Position numbers and translations under genes: made by a program. A DNA stretch of 64,000 nt from the NCBI GenBank assembly GCA_000934665.2, contig KZ538375.1:1-64000 (forward strand), in the 5' to 3' direction. Origin of the DNA: Catajapyx aquilonaris (taxonomy: Eukaryota). Position 1 is the first letter of the stretch. The number at the start of each line of letters is the position of its first letter. Shown here piece after piece: positions 46,529-59,290 of the stretch. The notes under the pieces were generated by a model. The model searched no databases and was not told the origin of the DNA. It saw only the letters and a program-made list of their open reading frames with translations.

Positions 46529-49191
46529 GTAAGTGATTTTTGTATGTATGGGCAGTGGGTATGGGTGATACCCCCTATTGCCTTGGGGCCATCTTTCGGG
46601 GCGGCCAGGCGGCTTCGATTTCAGGGCGCCGACTGAGTCGCCATCTCTCGATGCTTGTTTTTACCTTGGTTTTTTTGTGTGTACAGGGGTTTGCCTGATC
46701 CAGTGGGAATCCCAATTCAACACGTCGGCCGTGGGAATGTTGAACGCCGATGGCAGCAGAAACTTGGGCCTCTTCCAGCTGTCGGAGCTGTACTGGTGCG
46801 ATGACAAGTGGGGTGGGAATTGCGGAGTCTCATGCACTGGTATGCATGGTACTTGATGTTCTGCATGTTGGATATGTTGAGTACTGTACATTCCTTCCGG
46901 GTGCGGCTCATGCCTGTCTCAGTATTATTGGAGGATAAGTTGTCACTTGTCAAGAAAACGGGTGAAAAATATAGGCTACCAACGGTGTGGGCAGTTAAAG
47001 AATTTCAGGAAAATGTCCTGGGGGTGCAAGCAGGAAGCAGCTGTTGAACACAAGTAATAACCTGTAACCCAATGAGAGAAGAGTACTTGTACAGTTGTAC
47101 CGTACTATACACAGTAGAGTATATCAGCTTTGAATTTATGCATTGACTTAAATGCAATGAAGTTGACTTTGCTTTAAGATCGTAATTCTTATCAATCTGC
47201 AAAGAGGTGCAAATGTGGGCATATGAGCAAAGGATTTCGCACAAATCAAAATACTATAATATATAGGCCCTTATAACTTACGGAGTTACGGTAATATTTA
47301 ATAGATCTTTTTTGTTGTGTGCTGCAGTCCACCGCAATTAACCTTTTAGGTCAACCGTGTCTGTCTTCATTTTTTCAAGCCAAAACAACATTTTAATGAA
47401 TATGTCAGTTTCATAGCTTATAGTGCAGTTATGACGTTTTGCTCGAACGATCCACATCGTCCACATAATAACTGGCAATGCGATTTTAATTTGTCTTTGT
47501 CTCAATGTACACCCGCGAGCATAAAGATGGAGACGGCCGGCCCTCACCTTCGGCAGGCTGCTCTGTCAATCTCAGCAACTACGGTATCAAATATACTGTC
47601 ATAAATACACGGACACACGCTTGAAGCAGCAAACTCGGTCCAAAAAATAGTTCATTAATTTGAGTCGGATAAAGAAAGGTCAAAAAAGGGCCTGCCGTCT
47701 CCATCTTTATGCTCGCGGGGGTACATTCTGCAATGTAGTGTGGTATAAGTTTAGCTATACAGTACTTACAGAAAAATCATTAATTTGGTCTCACATGTCA
47801 GATGTGGGAGTTTTGTACAGCCTAACATACTGTAACATAATCCATGTAGCCAACAAGGAAAGTACGGTACTTGCGGATTTTCCACTCGAAAAACTCTTAC
47901 GGCCGGATATATATCACCTGCAAGAGTATTATCACTGATGATTACTTATAGAATATATTATTCTGATATGCTATTATGTTATTACATAAAAATTTTCGTC
48001 GTCTCATATATTTGAGATTGTAATGCGAGTGTAACGAGCTCAAAAGTGATAGGAATGTCTTCCTTCACGTGAACTTGAAGTGATGGCCGCCGCAGTTTGA
48101 ATCAATCATTGACAAGTATATACCTGGTTATCCCTGCACTCCATAGTTGTCTATTTGCTGTGAATTCATCCAACCGCTGGTATTATTATCCGTAGTTGAC
48201 ATTATTGATTTAAGAATGTTTATTCTTTTATTTTGGTATTCGCAGCATTTGAAAATAGTAAGTATACAGGCCTAGTATAAAATACATATCCGGCTTTTAT
48301 TTTCCATGTAGTGATTGTTATGATAAAATATATGGTATTGAGTTCCCCTGTAAACAAGTGAAGTTGTCGTATAGCCTGAATCATAGCATAAGTACCTTAA
48401 ATGCCAATGACTACGTTGAAAATAGCGTATTGCAAAAAATATTAATAATAATTAAATTATGACCTCTCTCAATCACAGCACAGAGCAGCACTGATACGTT
48501 GTCGCTGTAATAAATTGTTGCATGATGACATTATACTGTATGGAAGCTTATCACAAGAGTTGAGTTGTGGAATGTCACTCCAATCATATTCAGTTATGGA
48601 TGCCAACTATCTGCTTCACTGATCAGTATAACCTGTCCTGAAATCATCCTTTTCCGTACTCCTATCGATTTCCCCAATGCTCCGAATCAATATATGGACA
48701 GAAATTATTACTAGTACCTATTAGAGTTATTTCAGCAGGATAAGGGACCTAGTGGCCTAGTCCATCTATAAAAAGGATTAACCTTGCCGAAAAATCCTTT
48801 AGTCGACTCTGTGAATAACTCTCACTGCTTTATTGCTCCAGTACGAAAATAGTAAGGTTACACAATGAATATTTCAGCACTATTGGATGATGACATTACT
48901 GATGATGCCGCTTGTGCCAAGAGGATCTACAGGTTGTCAAAACGCGACAAAGGGAATGGTTTTCTTCCATGGTGAGTATGGGCAAACACCGACGTGATTT
49001 TTAAACGTTATAATATCGTCACAATTTTGATTAGGGTTGCATGGAGCCAACATTGCCGAGGGGACACTTCCTCTTATGTAGAGGCCTGCTCACTGGAACC
49101 AGCAGCAGAAAAAGTCGAAACTGATGGCGCCACACCCGATTCGCAGAAAACAGCTGGCAGTGCAGATTTTCCGCAGATTTTTACGCCTTAA
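46390..49191 (+). CDS. c-type lysozyme-like protein (GH22); join(46390-46528, 46687-46839, 48878-48971, 49035-49191), 180 aa, with signal peptide
   Basis: Spliced product MLGWAYRVVFLWLVVCPGLYG-LVVDRCAVASDLLHLHGFPKDEISQWVCLIQWESQFNTSAVGMLNADGSRNLGLFQLSELYWCDDKWGGNCGVSCTALLDDDITDDAACAKRIYRLSKRDKGNGFLPWVAWSQHCRGDTSSYVEAC+tail. Eight canonical Cys in the mature chain; GT-AG introns in phases 1,1,2; AATAAA at 49364-49369. Confidence 0.92.
46687..46839 (+). CDS. lysozyme exon 2 (active-site region)
   Basis: gtgtacag|GG GTT TGC ... TGC ACT G|gtatgc; contains WVCL...ES.FNT...DGS..LGLFQ...YWC. Confidence 0.93.
47510..47721. mobile_element. MITE in lysozyme intron 2
   Basis: About 35-bp TIRs CACCCGCGAGCATAAAGATGGAGACGGCCGGCCCT / AGGGCCTGCCGTCTCCATCTTTATGCTCGCGGGGG with TA flanks (47508-47509, 47722-47723). 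Confidence 0.75.
48878..48971 (+). CDS. lysozyme exon 3 (LLDDDITDDAACAKRIY)
   Basis: atttcag|CA CTA TTG GAT GAT GAC ... CCA TG|gtgagt; not present in the ORF track. Confidence 0.92.
49035..49191 (+). CDS. lysozyme exon 4 (WVAW..HC, C-terminal extension)
   Basis: ttttgattag|G GTT GCA TGG ... TAA; phase 2 completes the Trp codon. Confidence 0.88.
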
Positions 49192-52100
49192 TTGGACAAT
49201 TTTAATTTTTGCTTCCACACCCACGTGATTTTGGATCGTGGATGGAACGCCTGGATTTTTAACCACAAAAAATGTGAAGCATGTCTGCTAGAGGCTATAA
49301 AAAGAGTCGACGTCCCGAAAACTAGTTTCCTGGCAGAGCTTTCTGCGCCTTAGGAAACGTTTGAATAAAAGGCTCCTGCACTTTTTTTCCGCTTATATTT
49401 TTTTGCAAGTATAAAGGCGGCGCAGGTGTATGGACGAAGAGGGAACACCTGACCCAAGGTCGGGGCCACCTCTTACAAAAGAATGCAAACGGAAGATCCT
49501 CCCGTATGATTGAAGTGCAGCAGGCACATCTTCAAACCAGTTTCTATATGTAATTTGCTTCTCAATGATTTTTTCCAGACACGAGTTTGACAGTACACTA
49601 CTGACGAGGATTCAAGTTTTCCTTCGAAAAAAAAAATAAAGAGTGTCACAAAAAGACGGGCGTTGACCTCACACAGCATGTGTCAACTATCTTTGGAAAT
49701 TACAAGTTGGCAACAATGCGGCAGGGGAAACATGTCAATAAAAAGGCAGGAAGGTAATGAGGGTTGGTGAGGCGCAAGTTGCAAGGTGTATGAGGTGTCT
49801 GCTCTGTGGAGGGGGCGGTGTTGGCTGGTGGTGGTTAGGATTTGAATTTCAGAGCGGAAGGTAAACAGTTGCCTGACGATAAGTATCATCTGAGTGACAT
49901 GGCCACAAAAGGCCACTATATAGCCTGGGACCTACCACTCCGACCCCAATCACCACCAATCTCCTGAATTTGCAAATGACGACTATAACAATAGTTTGGT
50001 GTGTTGTATGTGGTCGCTTAGCAATATCCCGTGAACGAGAAATCGTGTCAAAGTCCCCCCGAATTTAACACAGTGCAAATAATGCGAGGTGGGCTGAAAT
50101 GTCATGCCCGCGTGTGAGGTTGAAGTGAGTAGCGAACCTGCGTTACTTATTCATAATGCGCAGGGACTGGGATTCGAAGTCTATATGACCAGCCAAGTAT
50201 GGCGCGGATTTGACGCCTCGAAACACTGCCCGAAATTGCATATAGCCAACAGCTGCATACGTTACGTAACCTGTTGTTCGCAACATCTTGGAACGTACCG
50301 CGCAATTGATCGCGTTCCCAGAGCTTTGTGAAACAAAAACATATTTTATCCAGCAATGGCCGCATAAAATTTTAACAGTCGTACCCCCCGAACCGGAGAG
50401 AGAAAAAAATTGGCCGATTACTGATACCATATGATATCCGTGACATTTGACATTGTTCCAAGTGAGCCCACCCACTTCAATGCCCCATGAAAAAAAAAGC
50501 TAGGCAGATGCACACAGATAAGTCAAAACGACGCAGTGCTTTCATGTCATGATTGTTGACAATTATTGTTCTCCGGACATACTGCAATATGATATTCATA
50601 GTTTCTGTAGCGCTGGCAATTCAATTACGGAGGAATTTTCGTCCAATTCGCGAGACCAATTTGGGGGCTGAGATAAACTCTTTTCTACCGGGTCATACAT
50701 AAAAGGGACAGCAGGCGGAGTGGAATGGCCTAGGTCGGGGCACGGGATCCGGAAATAAGTTAGCAAACTGTGTATAAGGGTAGGCCACCCCCAAATCTTG
50801 CCAGCCGGGTTTTCGCGTGATTGGGACTCCTGAGTGACGCAAAGGAGAAGTATATAGGATTGGAGGACATGACAGCGCCAAATGGGACCCTGTCAGCCTT
50901 TAATGCCCACCTGCTTCACCTGTAAGTTGTCTCCGGTCCCCGTTTCATTTGTCTCTGATCATCTGACCCGGCCGGACGAACCAATAAGACCCAAACACGT
51001 ATGCCCCTTTAGATTGAGACAGATGAGCGTAAGTGGCCGCTCAGAGAGAGCAATCATAGAGCAGCATGAAAACATACTTTCGATCCAAATTTGCAATTAG
51101 ATACCTCTCAATTCATTAAGGCTCCCCTGTGGTGGTGGCAGATGCTCTCTCCCCTGTGCTTGTGAACACCTCGTTCATCAGTTTCAATTTCAGTCATTTA
51201 GAGCCTCGGAATATGTGCTAATTGAGCGGTTGATAATAATGCAGGGTTAGGGAAAGACATATAGGATCATCCCTCATCCTATAAGATTTAGACGCTTCTA
51301 TAATACTGATGGGTTCACCCATGGGTTCACCTGTCACGTCATGTGTAGATGGCATCAGATAAGAAGCTTTTAAAATGCCTCTAGAAGGTGACCTAGTTCG
51401 CACGTGTTCGATAGTCATGAATTTTATTCCTAGCTCTGAAATCAGATGTATCTGCAATAATATTTGAAAGGGAATAGCAAGTTGGGAAATGTGGTAGGCC
51501 TGAGGTGCAGTTGGAAAAACGATCGTAACAAATGAGCATCGCGCGGCGAGGGGTAATCCTTCTCCGACGGCGCCGGCACAAAAGCCGAATTAACTATTCA
51601 TAATCCCGCATTGTGCGGGCACCCGAGCGACGCCACCGCTGCTTGGTGGGTGGGGTGCTGCTGTGGGAGGGGGATAGAAAAGCGAGAGACCCTTATGCCT
51701 TTTTCTTGTCAACCAACCATTTTCAACCCCCGATAATGAGTGAAGGAGGACGGATTTTACCGAATTATATTACAAAAGACAGCATTGATCGGTAATTGAA
51801 TTGTCTGCGTGGCTTAATTTATTTACATGCCACGCATTATTCAATCAATAGACAATTTTGCATAGGTTTTTCGATACGAAAATGACCATCGCAACATGAT
51901 TTGCCCAAGGTTGTAAAGCTAATAAACCACTGCGTCCTTCCGGTTCCAGTAAAGGCCAACAGGAATCGGTTGATTGGTTGGGGAGGCTGCCGTTAGGGAA
52001 GCGTGATTGGGACGAAGGCGAAGGTAAAATACAGGTAGTGGCTGGTAGCTAACGGATCAAAGGCAGCAGCACCTGCGCCTCAAGGAAGACGGGACAGGTG

Positions 52101-55100
52101 TTGTTGATATTGTTGTTGTCTTCTTCCTGACGTCATCCGTCTGCAAAAGGAGAGTACCAGAAGCAAAAGCTTTGTTGAGTCACGCACAGTGTGCATATAA
52201 ATCCTAGAAATCCGGTATGCCCCGCCTTGCTATTAAAGTAATAAAGCAATTTTTTCTCTCCCCCCCCCCTGGTAGATACGCACCCCTCTCTAGAATAATA
52301 CTATCTCAGATTGGGTACCTGAAATCAATCTGGGAGCGCGCACGCTTAATCTTTACCGCCATATATTGATGGAATACATAATACAATCGTGGGCTAATCT
52401 GCGCCCTCCATCTGCGACCTCGCCCGTCTAACAACCCCATTAATTCTAAGGGGACTGCGTCTATATGCCCAGGGTATGTGATGCACGTCGGGTAAAGATT
52501 CTCTTCAATTTTTCTTTTGTTCGGCTGGTGTTGGACACAAAAGACCTGCCAGCCGGTACATATATGCCATGGGCTACGGTTCGGCCCATATGTGTGTTGA
52601 TAGAGTAATTATTTAAATAGCATGGTGTAATAGGATTTAACAGTATGTACTTGGTTGTGTAGGAAGCGTTCCTATTCATCAATTGCCTGATCGTGTATCG
52701 ATTCCTACCAATTAACTAGGGATTTTTTTTGTGAGGAAGGCGTGGATACAGAATTTTTTTTGTCAGCAGAAAAGGCGGGGGAAAGTTATGTACCTGCTGT
52801 TGTGAATATCCAAAAATTTTGACATATCAGCTATAGGATCACTCAATTTCTTTTAAAAATGGATTTACTGGCGGTAATTAGAATACTGGTTTGACTGCAT
52901 ATCAGTTTGTTGTTACGCCTCAAGTACCGTAACGTTTCGAGTAACGACTGAACAATAATGGCATTTCTTCTTTTTTGTATTCCGTGAAAATCCCATGGTG
53001 ATGGGCACGAGGCAAGGGAAGCTACGTAGCCGGCGACCCGGAAAATCTGGACATGGTGCAAAAGGTGGAAGGTGTCATCTGCGAAGCGGAGGTCAGCCAG
53101 GTGGTATATATTTTGAGTGGGGAAGGGAGGGAGAAGGGGTTGCAAGGCCCTCGATTATAATGATGCTACCTGACTTTTATCCTATTCTTTATATTTTTTT
53201 GTGGCGATGCAAACCTCTCAACCGTTTTGCAATGTGTCTTTGAAGCGCAGCGATGGGTGGCGACATGGTGATTATAAAGCATATTTTATTGTTGGAAGTA
53301 TTGTTGATGTGGCAACAGTGTCAGATGGCGCGTGCGCGGGATCCCATCCATTAGATCCCCCCCTCACCCTTCATGCGCACGCGCCAGGGGTGTCCATTAA
53401 CCGTAATTGCTAGAAGGGATCTCGGATAGGGATCACACTTTTTTTATAACCGGTTCTTCCTTACGTCACACCTTGGTGGTTTGGCTACTTTTGTTACCAG
53501 TTTGCGAATTTCAGTTATTCGTATTCCAGATTTTGCAGAGCATTGTTGCATATATGCGATCAAGATCAGTATATGTGAGGTGAGAATGTACTGTCAAGGC
53601 CTGTATTTATGGTCAAGTATGAGATTGATGTTGCCTGAGCGTATGAGTTTATTGTGTATCTGATAAGACATTGTCACGGTACATTGTCAATGTTATTTGC
53701 GTCAAGGACTTTTTCGAGCATGTTGACGATATACACGCGAGGGTGCATATAATATGCCCCTTGCGAACTGTTTCGCATATAATGGAATTAAAAATTCAGC
53801 ATAACTGGAACTGTTGCCTTTAGCGAATTTGCATGAAATCTGATATGATTCGCAATGCTGGGCAGATTATTATGCAAGAAATACTACAAAGTTAATGAGG
53901 TGTTGCGTGAGATTGTGCGTTTTAAAAGTAATGGTCGTGTGAATGCTATTATTGTTTTAGATAAGTTTATTGATTGTCATGGTTTATTACTGACATGACT
54001 TGCGCAGTTGACTTACACGTAAATTCAGAAGCTCTTCTGATTTGTAGTTCATCTCATAAACGTTTGTCTTGCCAGATGACTTGTGGCGAAAAACTAACTT
54101 TTTCATCATTTGTACACATCGGTCATTATTCATGATTCTTCTTCAGTCCAACACGTGCTTTTAGGCGTAGCCTATCTTTGTGCAGTTGCTGTGGTGCCCA
54201 TTCACTTAACACAATTTCAAAATACCAGTTTTGGAAGAAAAAATTGGTGGGCTTGGTCGTTCAGTACATCGGAGGAAAATTGTTGAAGAACCAGAACACG
54301 GTTTTCGGCAGGTGATCATGTCTACCATAGATATGGTGCCTACGTGACGAATGTATTTGATTCGGTGAAACTAATGAAAACATCTCAAGTCCACTACTTT
54401 TCAGGATACAAATAACTGTTTAACTTATGCACTATCAGATAACATTGTTATATATTGATGTCCTACCTGCCTTCGGACAGTAATCATCATCAATAATATT
54501 GTATCAAATCAAATCAGCATATACAGAACTATGTACTTCCAGGTAACAAAAATCCTCGCAGTGCCACTAAAGACAACACCTTTTCCCGCATTTTTCTTTC
54601 CACAGCAGAGCAGAATGTGTTGGACAAAATATTCCTCGGCTTTTGTAACTTTAAAAAACACTAGGTTGCTGGCAGGCATGACATCTGATGCCATAACTCC
54701 ATGCTTAAGTGACTCACCACATGTGATCATATCTTAATCCATAAAGGTGCCCATTTCATGCGACATTTTTTTATTAGAGGAGAAAGGGGACCTTTTCGGC
54801 CCGGTATATCATTCGCGGCCCTTCCATCAGGTGGACAGAATAAAGTGTGTGTCTTGCCAATGAAAATCACTCTCTTAGTAAGCTGCATGTGACCAGGTGA
54901 TCATCCTTTAGATATACCACCAAGCGACGCGACGGTCAAATAGTCGCAGAAAGTACAGTGTATATATATAGTTGCTGGGGCTTACAACTAAGTTATAGCA
55001 GGTATAGTGTGTAAACAACCCACCTAACTTTTTCATTGATTTTAAGAAGAACATACGTACGAGAACATAAATGCGCAGTACCTTACTATACCACCCTGAG

Positions 55101-56873
55101 AAGTAGTTTCTGTGTAGTAAATATAGAAATTTTATAATCAATATATTGTCTTGCTAACATTCGATATTAACTTATATAGACACGTAGACAGAGACGTCAT
55201 GTTGGCGGTTTAAAAGGGAAGGGATATTAAGTCCTTGAATGCACCTATATACAGTACAAAGAGGTGATCATAATGTAGAGGGCAAAATGTGATCCTCTCT
55301 TGATGACTGGAGGTATAAATATGAAAAATCTCTCCTCCATATATATAGAGGTTACGTTAGTCAATCAAAAGGTGTGTTCACTAAGCCACTTTTGCACAAG
55401 CGAAAGTGAGTTTACATGAAATACAGAACGTCTCAGGTTGAGAACAAAAAGCTCTTATCAAGGCTCTTATGTAGTGTACGATACTGTATATATGGCCGAC
55501 TGTCCTGCTGAGTGCCCTTTACCCGCTAACGAAGGTCAATAATGCGAAGAAAAATGCTACACCTGCTGGTCCTCATCTATCTCCCCGTCGGTCTTGCATT
55601 AATGAACAAACTCTAAATTACAGAATAATAATGTTTATTTAGCTCAATTTAAAGTCATCCAGATAACGTCCCCAATTGATTATGTAGTGAAATTTATACG
55701 CAGATAGAGCCTGAGGTGTGGACCACCTGGTGCTTATGTAAACTATTTTTTTTACTACAAAATTCCGTGCATCCGTTGGCCCCATTGCAGACTCGCGAAA
55801 CGCCCTCACAAAAACCTAACCTCCCCATATAAATGCAGCCTTTAATTTAAATACACTACTTAAATCCCCAAGATTGAGATGGTGTCAGTTGCCCATCGGA
55901 AAGAGGAAGCCCCACTCAGGAAATCCAAGAGTCGTAATTGAGAGCCCGGTACATTTGGTTAAATAATGGCACAATAATTTATGCGTGCAGGATTCACCCT
56001 CTGGCTCCTCCCCAGGATCGTCCGGGAGCTGAAAATGCTGGTGGCCACTCCAGCACGTGTCACGTGGCCCCTCATGTTGTGGCACACGCCAGGTACACCC
56101 CCTCAACCCCCTACCATCCCCTTGATGTGGGTAGTTGGATGGGAGGCCACGAGACCCTCATTTTCCACGCTGCTGCCCCTCTCCATGTTGCCACCTTCAT
56201 TGCCACAGCAATCATGTAGCTACGCACAAAACCGGTCCTGTTGACTCCTAACTGACCTCCGTTGTATAACACACTCCGGATTGACCATCGCCACTGTTAA
56301 ATCATCCCAGAAGAATATGATGAGCGCATTGTTGCACTTATTGGTCCGAAGTTTGGCAATCTGGGTACCATCAACCGTCTGTTGGATGACTTCGGCAACA
56401 GCTGACCGTGCCCCCCTCTTATTTTTTCACCCCTAACAAAAGTCAGGTGGTAGCCAGCACGAGCCGCTTCCCCAACGTATATCCTGAAGCGTCTTCACTC
56501 GAGGACATAATTCCGCCATTTTCCCATATTCTGAATATGTCGCAAACCGGCAAAGTATAGGTTTGAAAAAGCTAGAGTGATTTGTTTCCTGAGATAATGA
56601 TGCTTTAGGTGTTAGACCGGTGATACATAATGAGTTCCCTTTCCCCTGCATGTATGGATCGACAGCACCCTCATCGTGGGATTGTGGGTGTGCAAATTGT
56701 CTGGCCCTTCATTGTCTCCCACACTTCGCAGGGCGTTTGGCAGGGGAGCCCTTTAGCTTTTGATTTGAGTGCAAACAATGACACAAAAAAAGAGAGAAGG
56801 GGGATGCATCATGGGTAGACAACCGATCTATCTATCTATTCCCCATCCGATCCCATCCGGTGCGTCCATCCTC

Positions 56874-57542
56874 CAGCTGACTTGGCGCCTTTCGTGCCAA
56901 CACACCTGCCCAACACTTTATTATTCTAATCCCCTATATACACTCTTCACTTCCCCAACACATATACGCATCATACCCACAATAGATCCGAAATCTTCAC
57001 ACACGCTATTTTTTTCGGGAGGTTGTCGACACCTGCAACAAGTGCACAACTGGTTGATGGCCATTGGTGACAAAAGCATGGATTAATCATTTCCAAGAGT
57101 TCATGGCCATGGTAAAGGTGTCATATACGAATATTGGAGGTTGGCTCGTGGGAAAATGTTTATGGCAGCAGGTAATCAAAGTAAATGGCGCGTGATTGTA
57201 CAGCCCATTTTTTTTTATTTCCGATCCACTTGAGATGAGGATCACATATGTCACCCCCCACATCCCACCCACCCATGCACCACACACGCACACATTCAGC
57301 CGGAATTTCCATCAGCATAGAGCCTGACGCATTGATTCTCGGCGCACGGGCCACACACACCTGTTGGCCAATCCAGGTGCTGAGACCCACGTTGCCATGT
57401 CGACCTGCTAAGAAAACCGACTCACCTCCAGGAAGAAGAAGACAGATTTGAATCCCCCCCATAACACCATACCACCTGCTTCCGCCAAAAACGCCACCTG
57501 GATTGGACTTGTTTCTTTTTTTTTTATTATTATTCGCAGGTG
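56874..57542. promoter_or_regulatory. Candidate proneural (bHLH E-box + Su(H)) enhancer upstream of the SNAG-containing paralog
   Basis: Eight CAGSTG-type E-boxes at 56874, 56903, 57030, 57358, 57374, 57473, 57495 and 57537, plus CGTGGGAA at 57147-57154. Confidence 0.5.
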
Positions 57543-58899
57543 CCGCTTTCTTGCGTGCGACAACAATTGGCGTTGAATCGACAAGTTTTTGGTTCTTGAC
57601 CTCCGGTTCAATTATGTATGTCGAGGGTTTCGTCGAAACAGTGGGAGGAATTAGTTGGATGCATACCGTCACATTAACGCAGGGTTGGTCAAGTAGGGAA
57701 AAAGGGTCGATGAGCTGAGGGGTGTGTAGATCGATCTATTTTTTTTTGGTGTCGTTCTAAGGTAACGCACGTATGAGTTTGGCAATACAGTTTCTGAATA
57801 TAGGTTCGTGTGACCCGGTCGTGCCCGGGTCAAGTCGAGTCCGTCACGCCTACGTGGCATCTCGACCCGGAAGACCATAAAAGACGCACCCCGATGCACT
57901 TGTGCGCACACAGCTCCTTTCCTAATTAACCCCAATCACCCTTCCCACCCATTTCAATAAAGTTCGTCTCTAGAGTTGTGTATCTCCGCATTGGCCACTC
58001 TGCAAATCACGATGGGCATTGGGAATCGATGTCTACAGCCAGGCTTTCCCCCCCATAAGCTCCCCAACGACTTCATAAGTAGATTGATGCGATAGGGTGA
58101 CACCTGTGGCCTAGGAAAAAGAAGAGCCATGGACAGGCTGCCACTTCCCACGAGAAGCGCCAAGAGGGGTTTTTTTTTGGACCCCATAGTAGGTGAAAGG
58201 GGCCGCCAATAAGATTGCGATTTGATGAAATATTTATATGTAGCAGCTGAGGCAACTAAGGCATGTGGGATTCACATTTTTGCGGTTTTTATAATTTTGG
58301 GCGATAGTATGTCACCCATACAACGAGTGTACAAAATTTCAGCTCTCTACCTTGTGAAGAAGTTGTAGAAAAATAATTGACAAATTAACACTCTGCCGTA
58401 TATCATAGCGGTACAGCAGAGACACCACCGGATTTTTCCGAACTTGAAGCTTCGTCCCCATCTTTTTGATCGCGACTGGAGCGAGTTACAACTTATCAAT
58501 TTATTACACTCGTCCGAAAGTAAAGTGAGCCGAGCATTAAATGATCCAGTATACTTATACACAGCTCATGAATTGCGGCTGTTCGTGTTTCCTAGAAGCA
58601 TACAATGTACGCGTATCAGGTCCATAATTCATGGCAGCCCAGGGAATCGCGTTAATCCCAGCGAAATAAATACCGACGACTTGCGTCTTGAGCTATATAT
58701 GAATTGATTGCACCTCGCATGACCTCCGATCGAACACCGGTACGCATTACCTGCTTTTACCTATTCTAGCAACCTGCTGCGGGGGGGGGNGGGGGGGTAC
58801 AGGGGGAGTAGAAACGGAAACAGATTGGGATCGTAACCTATCGCAGTGCCCTCAGCTAATTATTGACCCTTCTCGCAACCACTAGCAGTCAATCTATCA

Positions 58900-59290
58900 G
58901 TACATGCCCGCATTTGGAGAGCGCCATAAGGAGCAAGTAAATGACGAGGGGCGTAGCCAGGTGTGAAATCCGTAGCCCACCTGGCCACGTGCGTCGGGGG
59001 CTGACTCGCGCATCCCCCCTTGTGGTGGTGGCCCAGAAGGCGTCCTGATTGGCCCAGGACACGAGACTCACCTTTGGGCCGCCGCCAATCCCTGCCGACG
59101 GAGATTGAGGTGAGGGTGAAGGAAGGGGGAGAGGGAGGAGGGGGGTGGGGGTGGGGGGGAGGAGGGCGATTTACCTGTGCCACTAGTTGTACCCCCGAGC
59201 TCGACAGGCCCGCTCTTGGGGGGATTTTGCGCGGTCGACCAAATCTCGAAGATTCGCCTTTGATTTTGCGAGGTTCATTGCAAGGTGAGT
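58900..59290 (+). promoter_or_regulatory. Candidate promoter / non-coding first exon of the SNAG-containing paralog
   Basis: GC-rich island with CCAAT/ATTGG and E-boxes, ending in a consensus donor CAAG|GTGAGT at 59284/59285. The ATG exon is preceded by acceptors (tttcttctttcag at 61252; ctgcag at 61283). Confidence 0.4.

Noticed and set aside
55880..56410. Possible decayed transposon coding remnant (VDGTQI on minus; YDERIVALIG on plus)
   Set aside because: Resemblance to Harbinger proteins is limited to a few residues with no continuous frame or TIRs; would need a tBLASTn/HMM hit.
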